Notes under the pieces: model-generated
Seen by the model: the letters and a program-made list of their open reading frames with translations, nothing else
The model's database searches: none
What the model was told of the DNA's origin: nothing
Program-made: the position numbers and the translations under genes
Part shown: positions 1 to 9,731 of the stretch, one piece after another
Layout: every line of letters begins with the position of its first letter
How positions within the stretch are numbered: the stretch's first letter is position 1
Source of the DNA: Candidatus Latescibacterota bacterium
Lineage (GTDB): Bacteria; Latescibacterota; UBA2968; UBA8231
Direction of reading: 5' to 3'
NCBI GenBank assembly: GCA_965200315.1
Contig: OZ241362.1
Coordinates: forward strand, 1,472,001 to 1,536,000
DNA: 64,000 nt

Positions 1-2
1 CA

Positions 3-236
3 ATCGCCAGCCTGCATCTCGATATGTGCGTTCACAACAGCTTGATGCAGGAGATTTTTGTGTCGTCCATGGAGCGGTACAACAAGGTACTTACGCAGCC
101 TATTGAAGTGATCGATGGGCACTGTGTGCCACCGGAAGGGCCGGGTTGGGGTGTAGAGTTGCGCGAGGATGTTGTGGCGCAGCATCCACCGAAGTCGTTT
201 ACGTCAGTTGAGTCTGAGCCGTATATGGAATTTTAG
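3..236 (+). CDS. mandelate racemase/muconate lactonizing enzyme family protein (enolase superfamily), 5'-partial
   Basis: Frame is open from the window edge. IASLHLDMCVHNSLMQE...DGHCVPPEGPGWGVEL is a typical MR/MLE C-terminus. Confidence 0.8.
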   Translation: MASLHLDMCVHNSLMQEIFVSSMERYNKVLTQPIEVIDGHCVPPEGPGWGVELREDVVAQHPPKSFTSVESEPYMEF

Positions 237-273
237 GTAGCAGAAAGTGGGAGGAAGTGCGGTCGGAAAACGG

Positions 274-316
274 CTGGCCTCCGCGTCATGTAGGGCGACG
301 CGGAGGCCGGTTTATT
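274..316. terminator. probable intrinsic terminator between convergent genes
   Basis: 12-bp perfect stem GGCCTCCGCGTC (276-287)/GACGCGGAGGCC (297-308), followed by GGTTTATT. Confidence 0.65.
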
Positions 317-317
317 G

Positions 318-779
318 TTACAGTGAATCGCGCTTGAATTGCACGTACGCGGGCTGCTCGGAAGCCACAGCCTTATCAGCGGCTTGGCCAAAAGCATCCA
401 TGATTTCTTCGTAATCCGATCCATAGGGCACAGTGACAACCGACGCGGAATCCACAGCCGCCGAGGCCATGTCATCGGCAGCACATGTAACCGTTATGGC
501 CACGGAGTTATATAACCCGAGGGTTAGAATAGATCCCAAGACGGAGCCAAAGCTCTGGCTCGTCTCAATTTTTGCTATGCCATTTTCGCATTGGCTTTCG
601 GCTTGGACCACATCCGACGCTATATTGTGCGACAAAAACCACAACCCCCAACCCTTTGACTCGATTCTCATGGTCTTACCACTTGGGGGGCGGCTCATAT
701 CAATGGTAGCACATCCGGCCAAAAGAAACAGGCTAAAAAAGACTACTATGAGAGAACTCCCCTGCAAACGCTTGATCAT
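318..779 (-). CDS. Bor/Iss-family-like lipoprotein with C-terminal extension
   Basis: Lipobox LLAGC. WGL...C.NGIAKIETSQSF...SILTLGLY...ITVTC matches the Bor pattern. ATG 779 follows a GGGAGAG RBS. Confidence 0.65.
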   Translation of the reverse strand: MIKRLQGSSLIVVFFSLFLLAGCATIDMSRPPSGKTMRIESKGWGLWFLSHNIASDVVQAESQCENGIAKIETSQSFGSVLGSILTLGLYNSVAITVTCAADDMASAAVDSASVVTVPYGSDYEEIMDAFGQAADKAVASEQPAYVQFKRDSL

Positions 780-893
780 TTTAACTCTCCCTTCCTGAGG
801 TAAATAAAACAAAATACCGGCTCCTATGCCGACAATGGTGTAATATAAACCAAGCACCAAAGACATGACAAACCCTCGGTGGCATTCCCTGAA

Positions 894-1859
894 TTACTTC
901 TTCGCCGTCCTAATCTCAGCCGCCTCAATCTGATCCACTAGCGCGACCGAGTGAATCACGTCGCGGATGTCGGTAATCGGCTGCCGGTTTTCAACCACGC
1001 AATCGGCAAAGTGCTCGTGCATGGTCAGCAGGCCCTCGTAGCGGGGTACGTCGTCTTGTGGTACGCCATCGATTTCCCAGCCGCCGAGCGTGCGGACTTG
1101 GTTGTCCTCGTGGATTTCGATTTCGCTGGGAATTTTCATGTAGCAGCCAATGCCCACGCCGTGTAGCTCCGAGCGCAGCACCCGCCCGCCAGAGGCGCGG
1201 TTGCCGAACATCACGCCGGTCGCGCGGTTGTCAAAGCGCACCAGCGCTGTGTAGTGGTCGAAGCCCTCGCCGCCGAATTTGTCTTGATAGGCCGTAACTT
1301 CCACCGCCTCGCCGCCAGCCATGTAGCGCAGCAGATCGACGATGTGGACTAGGTCGTTCCACAAAGTGGTGGTGAATTCGGCGGCGCACTGCGGAAGCTG
1401 TTTTTTGAAGGTCGTCGTCGCCAGCGACACCGGGCCTTTGGCCGCAACCAAGCGCATGGCCTCGCGGGTGACGGCAGTGTAGCGGCGCTGGAGGCCGACC
1501 ATCACCCAGACCCCCTCGCGCTCGGCAGCCTCTAAAATCGCCCGCGTCTCGTCGCTATTCGCCCCGGGCGGTTTTTCAATAAATAGGTGCTTGCCAGCGG
1601 CGATGCAGTCGAGGACTGGCTGCAGAAGCCACTTCTCGTTCATCACGCAATAGACAATGTCCGGGTCGATCTCGTCGAGCATGGCGCGGTGGTCTTGGTA
1701 CGTGCGCGTAAAGCCATACTTTGCGACCACTTGCTCGAGGCGTTCCGCGTCCAATTCGCACACCGCGGCCATCTCCACTCGGTCGGCGAGGCACTGGACC
1801 GATGGATAGTGGGCGCTCTGGCCGCGGCTTCCCGCACCGATAAATCCCGCTTTAAGCAT
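894..1859 (-). CDS. Gfo/Idh/MocA family oxidoreductase
   Basis: GFIGAGSRG Rossmann motif and HLFIEKP motif; start moved to ATG 1859. Confidence 0.9.
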   Translation of the reverse strand: MLKAGFIGAGSRGQSAHYPSVQCLADRVEMAAVCELDAERLEQVVAKYGFTRTYQDHRAMLDEIDPDIVYCVMNEKWLLQPVLDCIAAGKHLFIEKPPGANSDETRAILEAAEREGVWVMVGLQRRYTAVTREAMRLVAAKGPVSLATTTFKKQLPQCAAEFTTTLWNDLVHIVDLLRYMAGGEAVEVTAYQDKFGGEGFDHYTALVRFDNRATGVMFGNRASGGRVLRSELHGVGIGCYMKIPSEIEIHEDNQVRTLGGWEIDGVPQDDVPRYEGLLTMHEHFADCVVENRQPITDIRDVIHSVALVDQIEAAEIRTAKK

Positions 1860-2691
1860 GATCTTCCCCCTTCTGGCACAAAGCCGTAAAAAAGCGCACA
1901 TCAATCCGCGCCAAGTCGATGACGCTTTCCACCGGCTCACCGCTGTACTCGCTGTGAAAGCTGACCGGGCCGGCAAAGTTCAGCCGCTTCAAGGTCGCGA
2001 TCACGGCTGGCCAATCGACAAAGCCCTGCCCCATGCGCACGACGCTGGTGGCGGGAGCACCCTGTTGGGTGATGCTCAAGGGCCGCTGGTGGACCAGATC
2101 CTTAAAAGCGAGCAGACACAAGTGCGAGCGCACGATGTCGAGGGCCATGGCGACCGGCTCGCCGCACAGCGACAAGTGCCCGGGATCGGCAAAGACCCCC
2201 ACGTATTGCGGGTCGCAGTCCTTGACGATGTTCATCGCGGCGCAGGCATTGAGGCCCATGGACGCGCCCGAATGATTGTGAATGGCGGTTTTGACGCCGT
2301 GTTTTTCCGACAGCGCCTGAAACCCCTCCATAAAGCCGCGCACTGCATCTAACTGCGTCCAGTAGGGAGTATCCGGCTGCCAGTGCCAGTAGCCGAGCTT
2401 GACGTGGGCCACGCCAGCCTCGCCCAAGGCCGCGTAATACCTTTCCGCGTAGTCGATGTCCGGGCGGTTGAAGTCGCCCGGAGCGGTTACTAAGGGAATG
2501 CAGAGGCCAGCGTCGGCGAACCGCTTCGTCGCCGCCGGCAGGGCCGTGGCCACATTGGCCGGATTGACCGGGTAGCCGTCGCGCACACACAGGTCGGCCC
2601 CCTGCACACCCATGGCCTGCAAGGCGTCGATGAGTTGCGGGACCTCAAGGCCCTCTAAGTGCTTGGTAAATGCGATATACGTCAGATCCAC
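1852..2691 (-). CDS. sugar phosphate isomerase/epimerase (xylose-isomerase-like TIM barrel)
   Basis: IHNHSG, DPGH, AFKD, GQGFVDW, SFHSEY motifs; GTG start after AAAGGAG. Confidence 0.85.
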   Translation of the reverse strand: MDLTYIAFTKHLEGLEVPQLIDALQAMGVQGADLCVRDGYPVNPANVATALPAATKRFADAGLCIPLVTAPGDFNRPDIDYAERYYAALGEAGVAHVKLGYWHWQPDTPYWTQLDAVRGFMEGFQALSEKHGVKTAIHNHSGASMGLNACAAMNIVKDCDPQYVGVFADPGHLSLCGEPVAMALDIVRSHLCLLAFKDLVHQRPLSITQQGAPATSVVRMGQGFVDWPAVIATLKRLNFAGPVSFHSEYSGEPVESVIDLARIDVRFFTALCQKGEDHA

Positions 2692-2712
2692 GATGTGCGC
2701 TCCTTTCTCTGT

Positions 2713-2741
2713 TTGACAAGGTGGGGTAAGGGTATCAAAAT
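2713..2741 (+). promoter_or_regulatory. putative sigma70 promoter
   Basis: TTGACA-N17-CAAAAT upstream of the 2783 gene in a divergent intergenic region. Confidence 0.45.
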
Positions 2742-2782
2742 ATCGGCCCAACGCCAACGAATTAAACGGAGCAAGTCGAGTC

Positions 2783-3715
2783 ATGGAAGCAATCAAGATG
2801 GAACCCAGCCCGCCGATTGAGGTCCCCAAGCCGCTCTCCGCCGCCCAAGTGCAGTCCTTTATCGACGACGGCTATCTCGTGGTACCGGGCCTGATGCAAG
2901 AAGCCGAGCTCGACGAGCTCAAACGCGACCTCGTAGATGTGGCGCGCGGCCGCTACGAGTGCAATACCATCGAGCCGGTCGATCCCACCCTGAGCGATCA
3001 AGCGGTGCTAGAGAGCATCCTTTGCATCCACCAGCCGCACTACGTCAGTCCGGTCATCGAACAGTACGTCCGCCATCCCAGAATCTGCGGCGTCCTGAGC
3101 CAGATCGCGGCCGCGCACCTGCCCTTTTGGGACGGCAGCGTCAAGTGCATGCAGTCCATGTATTTCGTCAAGCCGCCCAACTTTCAAGGGCAGGCTTGGC
3201 ACCAAGACGAGATCTACATCCCCACGCGAGATCGCTCGCTGATCGGCGCGTGGATCGCCGTGGATGACGCCACCGTAGAAAACGGCTGCCTGTACGTCAT
3301 TCCGGGGTCGCACCGGCCTGGGTACCTCTACCCGCAGCGGCCCCACGAAAACCCAGACGAGTTCGACTTCGCGCCCGAGAGCTACGGATTTGACGAGCGC
3401 GTCGAGATCCCGGTTGAAGTGGAAGCCGGTGCCCTCGTGTTCTTCAACGGCTATCTCCTCCACCGCTCGTACAAAAATCGGGGCAACACCTATCGCCGCG
3501 TCTTGGTCAACCACTACTGCAACGCCTATAGCCTGTTGCCTTGGAGCATCGAAGAAGGCGAATCGCCCGCCCGCGCCGACCGGCGCACCATCGTGCCCGT
3601 GGCCGGCATCGATCCCTACGCTTGGAAGGGCTATCAAGCGCCGGCCAAGTCCGTGGGGTTGCGGCACTCCAAGGCCATCGACGAGGTCCGCGCCACCCGC
3701 GAGGAGCACGCTTGA
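2783..3715 (+). CDS. phytanoyl-CoA dioxygenase (PhyH) family Fe(II)/2OG dioxygenase
   Basis: F.DDGYLV, WHQD, WIAVDDATVENGCL.VIPGSH, LLHRS motifs. Confidence 0.92.
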   Translation: MEAIKMEPSPPIEVPKPLSAAQVQSFIDDGYLVVPGLMQEAELDELKRDLVDVARGRYECNTIEPVDPTLSDQAVLESILCIHQPHYVSPVIEQYVRHPRICGVLSQIAAAHLPFWDGSVKCMQSMYFVKPPNFQGQAWHQDEIYIPTRDRSLIGAWIAVDDATVENGCLYVIPGSHRPGYLYPQRPHENPDEFDFAPESYGFDERVEIPVEVEAGALVFFNGYLLHRSYKNRGNTYRRVLVNHYCNAYSLLPWSIEEGESPARADRRTIVPVAGIDPYAWKGYQAPAKSVGLRHSKAIDEVRATREEHA

Positions 3716-3944
3716 AAATCGGCGACTCTACATTGGCGGCGTACCGCGTCCCCCGGCAATAGGTTCGACCGACGGCAAAATCAAACTTGGGGATCGGCGA
3801 TCCGAATTCTTATGCTGGTAGTGGGCGCGGCGGTTCCGGCTGCCAGCCAAGGCGGCGTGGGCTTAGCCGGGCAGCTTGCCGAGCCTGCTAAATAGCTGGC
3901 TATCTGTATCCCAACCAGCGGCCAAGAGACACCAGTTCGGCTCA

Positions 3945-3969
3945 CTATAGCAGTCCTACGTTATTCGTG
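3945..3969 (+). repeat. MITE-like terminal repeat, left copy
   Basis: CTATAGCAGTCCTACGTTATTC matches the reverse complement of 10599-10620 at 18/22 positions. Confidence 0.55.
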
Positions 3970-4010
3970 CGATGCGGCGCATCGCTGGGTGCGCGGGCGT
4001 CTCGCCCGCG
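3969..4010. repeat. two adjacent GC-rich REP-like palindromes
   Basis: GCGATGC-ggc-GCATCGC and CGCGGGCG-tct-CGCCCGCG. Confidence 0.5.
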
Positions 4011-4035
4011 GGCAGGCCAGCGGCACCAAGTCGAT

Positions 4036-4575
4036 ATGACCAGCTTGGCCAACTCGGTCCCCGGGCTGATCAGCTATTGGGTGCCGCTGGTGTCGAGTCC
4101 GTTTTATTACGCCAGCTCGGAAAACAACTGGGACGAACTGATCCTGCCCTATCTCCCTACCTCGCTGGTGCCCCACGACCTAGCGGCCATTCGCGCTTTT
4201 TTTGAAGGCAACGAAGGGCAGGCGAGTGCGATTCCTTGGAAAGTGTGGCTGACGCCGCTGTTGAGCTGGTTGCCGCTGATCGTCGCGCTGCACGTGGCCA
4301 CCTTGTGCCTGATGGTTGTCGTGCGCCGGCACTGGGTCTGGTGGCCCTTGCATCCGATTGGCTTTCCCATCAGCTCGACCTTTCACTGGATGGCTTTCAA
4401 CGCCTTTTTGGCCTGGCTCATCAAGGGGCCAGTCCTGTACTACGGCGGCGTCCATCTCTACCGCCAAGTGCGGCCGTTCTTCTTGGGGATGATCCTCGGG
4501 CACTTTGCGATCTTCGGGGTCTTCTGGGTCATCGACTCCTTCACGGGCATGATCGGCAACGGTCTGTTCCTCTGA
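4036..4575 (+). pseudogene. DUF6785/DUF6784-type polytopic membrane protein, N-truncated and internally deleted
   Basis: FYYASSENNW...IPW..WL.PL..W...RRHW joins directly to the C-terminal WWPLHPIG...RPFFLGMILG. The paralogue at 14107 continues RRPWMEGERL at this point. Confidence 0.65.
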
Positions 4576-4651
4576 GCAGTGATGCACAATCGGGTTGCTC
4601 GCCGCTGGCCGCAACATTTATTTGTCCGTCCACTTAAAAAAGGAGGCGGCT

Positions 4652-5884
4652 TTGGACAAAATCAGACTGGCATTAGTCGGCTGCGGGGGCATGGGAACGC
4701 GGCACCTATACGGGCTGGGGACCCTCGCCAAAACCCCGTTTGACAATGTAGAGCTAGTCGCCGTATGCGACATCCGGCGCGACAACGCCGAACTGGCAGC
4801 CTCAGAGGCCGAAAAACTCGTGGGCCAGCGGCCCGCGGTGTTCACCGATCTCGAAACCATGCACCGCGAAGTCTCCGACCTAATGGCCGTGGATGTCGTG
4901 GTGGACCCGTCGGTGCATCACGCCGTGGTCTGCCAAGCCCTCGATCTGGGGTTGCACGTGATGGTAGAAAAGCCCATGGCCATTACCGTCAAGGGCTGCC
5001 AGCAGATGATCGAGGCTGCCGAGCGCAACCAGCGCATCCTGTCGGTGGCGGAAAATTTTCGCCGCGATCCCTCGGCGCGGCTGGTGCATCACCTGCTAAA
5101 GCACGGGGCCATTGGCCGCCCTTACATGGCAATCTTCCACTCGCTGGCCCCGCATCGCGAGGTATTCATCACGCCTTGGCGGCACATGAAGAATCGCGGC
5201 GGGCTGCTATTGGACTTAGGCGTCCATTTCACCGACATGATTCGCTACCAACTCGGGGACATTGAGGAAGCCTACGGGGCCGTCGAGTTAGCCTCGCCTG
5301 TGCGCCACAAGCCCGAAGCCGTTCACTCGCCCTATGAGTTTTACCAAACCCGCTTCACCGAGATGGAGCAGCAAGTCGAAGCCACGGCCGAAGACACCTC
5401 TATGGCGATGTTTCGGATGAAAAGCGGCATCGCGGTCAACTGGGTGGTGGGCTTGGGGGGATACGGCTCTTGCGGCGGCGAGGTCATTTTCGGGTCTGAG
5501 GGCGTAATGCAGGGGTTTGGCACACGCGGCGCGAGGGCGTGCTTGCAACGGGCCGATGGCACGACGCTCGACCACGCTGCGCTCGTGGCCAGCTCAGAAG
5601 CGTTCTCCCTAGAGCCACTGGCCGAGCATTTTTTCCCCGAGCGAGTCGCCGACCAAGACATCGACTGGAAACTGTTGGCACTAGAGTACTTTGAACTAGC
5701 CGAGGCCATTCTCAACAGGCGAAAAATCGAAGTGAATGGAATGGAGGGCCTAAAAGATGTGGCCGCGGTGTACGCGATTTTCGAGTCGAGCCGGTTGGGT
5801 CGGGCCGTGCGGCTCAGTGAGGTAGAAAGCGGAGCCGTCTATGAGTACCAAGCCGAAATCGACGAGGCACTGGGCATCGGCTAA
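4652..5884 (+). CDS. Gfo/Idh/MocA family oxidoreductase
   Basis: LVGCGGMG, HVMVEKPMA, GGLLLDLGVH; TTG start after AGGAGG. Confidence 0.9.
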   Translation: MDKIRLALVGCGGMGTRHLYGLGTLAKTPFDNVELVAVCDIRRDNAELAASEAEKLVGQRPAVFTDLETMHREVSDLMAVDVVVDPSVHHAVVCQALDLGLHVMVEKPMAITVKGCQQMIEAAERNQRILSVAENFRRDPSARLVHHLLKHGAIGRPYMAIFHSLAPHREVFITPWRHMKNRGGLLLDLGVHFTDMIRYQLGDIEEAYGAVELASPVRHKPEAVHSPYEFYQTRFTEMEQQVEATAEDTSMAMFRMKSGIAVNWVVGLGGYGSCGGEVIFGSEGVMQGFGTRGARACLQRADGTTLDHAALVASSEAFSLEPLAEHFFPERVADQDIDWKLLALEYFELAEAILNRRKIEVNGMEGLKDVAAVYAIFESSRLGRAVRLSEVESGAVYEYQAEIDEALGIG

Positions 5885-5896
5885 CAGGAGGTTGAG

Positions 5897-6574
5897 ATGA
5901 AAAAGCTCACCGACAAAATTGCGCTAGTAACCGGAGCCGGCCGCGGCCTCGGGCGGTCGTACGCCTTGCGCTTGGCTCAGCTCGGGGCCGATGTGGTGAT
6001 CAACGACGTCAACCTAGATTCGGCCAAGCAATACAACGAAAAGCTGAACGCGGACACGGTCGTCGATACAAGCGAATGGGGCCGCCTCGACATTCTGGTC
6101 AACAACGCCGGTGGCGGCTTGCGCTTACCGGGCGCCCCCCCGGAAGAAGAGTACTTCCGCTTCATCATGGAAATCAACTTGATGAGCGCGGTCCACTGTT
6201 GCTTGGCGGCAAAAGAGCCTATGCAGCGCCAGCGCAGCGGCAAAATCATCAACATTTCTTCGTTAGCCGGGTTGCGCGGGACCGAAGGGGGACCGCCGTA
6301 CAGCATCGCCAAGGCCGGAGTTGCCCACTACACCAAGGTCTTGGCCAAGGAGTTGGGGCCTTATGGGGTCAACGTCAACTGCATTGCGCCCGGCTACATC
6401 CTCAGCGCACGCAAAATCGCCGAAGGCATGGGCGCGGGCGCGGGCGACCACATCCCGCTCGGTCGCTTCGGCAAGCCAGAAGATTGCGCTAAGGTAGTGG
6501 AATTTTTGGCTACCGATCTCTCGGATTACGTGACCGGCCAGTGCATTTCCGTCTGCGGCGGAGTCGCGATCTGA
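5897..6574 (+). CDS. SDR family NAD(P)-dependent oxidoreductase (possibly internally deleted)
   Basis: TGAGRGLG, NNAG, YxxxK (YSIAK). The segment between NADTVV and WGRLDIL looks about 30 aa short. Confidence 0.8.
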   Translation: MKKLTDKIALVTGAGRGLGRSYALRLAQLGADVVINDVNLDSAKQYNEKLNADTVVDTSEWGRLDILVNNAGGGLRLPGAPPEEEYFRFIMEINLMSAVHCCLAAKEPMQRQRSGKIINISSLAGLRGTEGGPPYSIAKAGVAHYTKVLAKELGPYGVNVNCIAPGYILSARKIAEGMGAGAGDHIPLGRFGKPEDCAKVVEFLATDLSDYVTGQCISVCGGVAI

Positions 6575-6807
6575 ATCACCAATTGGAAGGTGCCGCCAGC
6601 GACACCAATGCTGCTATCAGATTTGCGACTGCGTGTATTACAAATACATACGGCAATGGAACGGAATCGTTCGTAAGTAATAGGCTAACACTAAGCCCAC
6701 TACAAAAGATGAGAGCAATCTCGGTAGTGGCCCGAAGTGAGATAACGAAAACAGAGTAGCATTTGCCGCAGCGGCACTCCTCTGCGTTCATCTGCGCGGC
6801 CCCACAG

Positions 6808-7977
6808 CTAAGACGGCTCGGCCTGCAGATGTTCTTTAACCTCGTCAAAAAACGCCTTAAAGGAGCCGGTGGCGGCGCGTTCCCAACGGTCGAACGTCGC
6901 TTGCAGGACTGCTAGCCAGCACTCTTTGGGCAGACTTTGCACCGCCAAGCAGACGTAATAGGCATCGGTCAACGCCAAGCCCCGCCGGCCATCCACGAGG
7001 GCTTGCTCCATGCGCTCGACGAACGGAGCTATCTCGGGCAAGGCTTCGACGCACTTTGCCTTGTGCTGAACAAAGCTCGCCAAGTGATTGACCATGCTCC
7101 GGCTAAAGTCGTGCCGCTTAGCGGTGCCGGATACGTCGCCGAGGTCCAAGTCTCCCCTGTGATACAATGCCAACAACTGCTGGGTGATCGTGCGTTGCTT
7201 CGCCCCAAGGGTTGCTTGCCGCGCACTGCGCAAGCCGCTGGTGAGGGCCGACATGTCATGGCAGCAGTTGAGCCAGCGCGTACCTTTGGCGACCACGCGG
7301 CGCATAGACTCGCCCGGGCCGACCGCCGTACCCATGGCCTTGCCACTGGCAGCGCAAGCGGCTCCCACGCGGTCAAAGGCCGCCAGTACGCGCTCGTGGT
7401 CTATGTGGGGAACTCCTTCGCGCTCGACTCCGTAGCTGTGCGCCAAGTCGCTCGGCCCCACGAAGAGCAAGTCAATTCCTGCAACGGCGGCAATGGCTTC
7501 CACCTCTTCCACGCCCTCGGCGTCTTCGATCATCACGCCCAGTATAGTCTCGGCGTCGGCCCTTCCCATGTACTCGGCGGGGTCCAGCGTACCGTAGTCC
7601 GAATCCCGGCCACAACCCAAGCCGCGCAAGCCCAGCGGCCGGAACTTGGCCATCTGCACAAAAGCCTGCGCTTCGTCCGCGCTCTTGCAATGGGGCCAAA
7701 CCAGCCCCCCGGCCCCTAACTCCAGCGGCTTAATCGCCTGATTGTACGGCCCCTTGGGGATGCGGACCACTGTATCGACCCCCGTGGCCTGCGCCGCCAA
7801 AATTAGCTGCGACAGCGCGTCTAGCCCCAGATGGGAATGCTCCATGTCGATCCAGACGCAGCCAAAGCCCGCTTGAGCGGCCAACTCTACCACGACCGGA
7901 CCGAAGATTCGGTTGATTTCGACTATCTCCACGGTCGCCCCTCCGAGCAGGGCGGCCTTGGTCTGGTTGGTTTTCAT
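6808..7977 (-). CDS. HpcH/HpaI aldolase family protein with about 130-aa unrelated C-terminal extension
   Basis: WIDMEHS, KFRPLGLRG, VMIE, LFVGPSDL; ATGA overlap with the upstream stop. Confidence 0.8.
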   Translation of the reverse strand: MKTNQTKAALLGGATVEIVEINRIFGPVVVELAAQAGFGCVWIDMEHSHLGLDALSQLILAAQATGVDTVVRIPKGPYNQAIKPLELGAGGLVWPHCKSADEAQAFVQMAKFRPLGLRGLGCGRDSDYGTLDPAEYMGRADAETILGVMIEDAEGVEEVEAIAAVAGIDLLFVGPSDLAHSYGVEREGVPHIDHERVLAAFDRVGAACAASGKAMGTAVGPGESMRRVVAKGTRWLNCCHDMSALTSGLRSARQATLGAKQRTITQQLLALYHRGDLDLGDVSGTAKRHDFSRSMVNHLASFVQHKAKCVEALPEIAPFVERMEQALVDGRRGLALTDAYYVCLAVQSLPKECWLAVLQATFDRWERAATGSFKAFFDEVKEHLQAEPS

Positions 7978-8894
7978 GATGCCTCCGCAAATTGTGGCAG
8001 CACGTCGCGGCCAAACCACTCGATGGTTTGCCGGATCGCCTCCGGTGGGATGCCCAGCGCCCCGGCACCAATCGTCACGCGCTCTAAGCCGGGCAATTGC
8101 GCGTGGATTTCGGCGAGCCGGGCGGCCACGTGTTCGGGCGGCCCGCAGAGCCAAGCGCCCTCGCGTACCAAATCGCGCACCGTCGGCAAGCCGGCCCGCG
8201 CCGCTGCCGCCCCGTCGTACGTGGCCGCGATTTGCGCCTCATTCAGCGCCGGCATCCGGCCCAAAGGGGCCAGTACCTTGAGCTGTTCCTCAAACCAAAC
8301 CCCAGCCTCGCAAATCGCCTGCTCTTGGGTGTCGGCCAAGTGGACTTGTAGCACCAAGGCCAACCCTGCGCCCAATTCGGCGTCGCGGCCCGTGCGGGCC
8401 AACGCATCGCGCCAGCGCTCGGCGATTTCCACAGCCCGCCCATCGCCGGGCACCACGCCCTTGATCCCGTGCTTAATCATAAACGCAATACCGCGCGGGT
8501 TGGCGCTGAAGATCGGCTGCCAGCACTCGACTGGCCGGTTGCGCGGGCGCGGCACTAGGGTGATTTCCGTGAGCGTATCTCGGCGATGCACTACCTTAGC
8601 CGGCAGCTCGTAGTGCGGGCCGCAATGGGCAAACGACGGCTCGTTCCACGCCTTGAAGAGAATCTCCACTTGCGGGATATTGGGGATGCCGCCGTAGCCT
8701 TCGCGCTGGAAGTGGTGTTCGGCCAACCACAGGGTGTCGTAGCCAGCCGCGTCCATGAGCTGAGCCATGGCGCGGGCTTCGGCAAAGACCGCGGCAAGGT
8801 GCTCGTCCGTTTCGATCCGCTCATCCACCGGCCGGCCGGCAAATCCCAAATCGTCCATGGCGACGTGCCCGCCGTAAAAGTAGTCGAATTTCAC
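7974..8894 (-). pseudogene. LLM-class flavin-dependent oxidoreductase, apparently internally deleted
   Basis: GYDTLWLAEHHF and CGPPEHV motifs are present, but the HPLRLAED...GRG segment is missing (IPNIPQ|VEILFKAW). Confidence 0.6.
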
Positions 8895-8991
8895 AGATAC
8901 TCCGCTCGTTTACCTACTCGCTTTCGCAGGGCGTTTTTTCTATATTCGCCCACCTGTCAACGCCCACTGTAAAACCACAGGAGACCTAATT

Positions 8992-9723
8992 ATGGCAGCA
9001 AGTGGACCCGTTCCCACCGCCCGCGCCCAAGGTCGCGGCCCAACCATCTGGCTGGCTGGCTCGCCCGACGAGCTAAAGGAGTGGATGCCCCTCGGAATCG
9101 CCGGAATCGTCACCAATACGGTAGTGCTCAACCAATACGCCAAACAATACGGCTCGGTCATCAGCCTGATAGAGCAATATCTCAAGCTCACCGACAAGCC
9201 CGTGGTGATGGAAATCGACGGCCATTGCGTTGAAGAGCTCTTAGAGGTCGGGCAAGTTTTTACCAACATGTCGGAGCAGATCATCCTCAAGATCCCCTGC
9301 AACGTCAACGGACTCAAGGCGTTTAGCATCCTCAAGGATCAAGGCGTCGAGACCTTCTGCACCACGGTGTTCTCACTGACGCAAGCTGCGGCCGTCGCCC
9401 AAGCCGGGGTGGACCACATCTTGCCGTTTTGCGAGCCGGTCAAGGAAGTGGGCGGCGATCCGACCAAGCTGATCCGCGAATGCGCGCAGATGTTCAGCGG
9501 CTGGGGCCAGCGTCCCTTCATTATGGCCGCCCTCATCCGCTCGGTGGAGACCGCGCACGCCGCCTTCCGCGACGGGGCCGACGAACTCGTCACCATGTGG
9601 ACTGTGTACCGCGACATGATGGATCACCCGCTGACCGCGCAGTGGAACAAGACCTTTATGGACGAGTGGGTCGACATGCACCAGAGCGGATTGCTGGAGG
9701 GCGTGCCGGTGCGCTCCGATTGA
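8992..9723 (+). CDS. transaldolase/fructose-6-phosphate aldolase family protein (divergent)
   Basis: GIVTN, LKIP (Schiff-base Lys), TTVFSLTQA, HPLT...F..W. Confidence 0.8.
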   Translation: MAASGPVPTARAQGRGPTIWLAGSPDELKEWMPLGIAGIVTNTVVLNQYAKQYGSVISLIEQYLKLTDKPVVMEIDGHCVEELLEVGQVFTNMSEQIILKIPCNVNGLKAFSILKDQGVETFCTTVFSLTQAAAVAQAGVDHILPFCEPVKEVGGDPTKLIRECAQMFSGWGQRPFIMAALIRSVETAHAAFRDGADELVTMWTVYRDMMDHPLTAQWNKTFMDEWVDMHQSGLLEGVPVRSD

Positions 9724-9731
9724 CCGCGCCT

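Noticed and set aside
318-779. Prophage suggested by the Bor-like gene
   Set aside because: No phage structural, integrase or replication genes nearby
6576-6848. 90-aa ORF in a low-GC patch
   Set aside because: No RBS or motif and overlaps a repeat; probably a non-coding remnant
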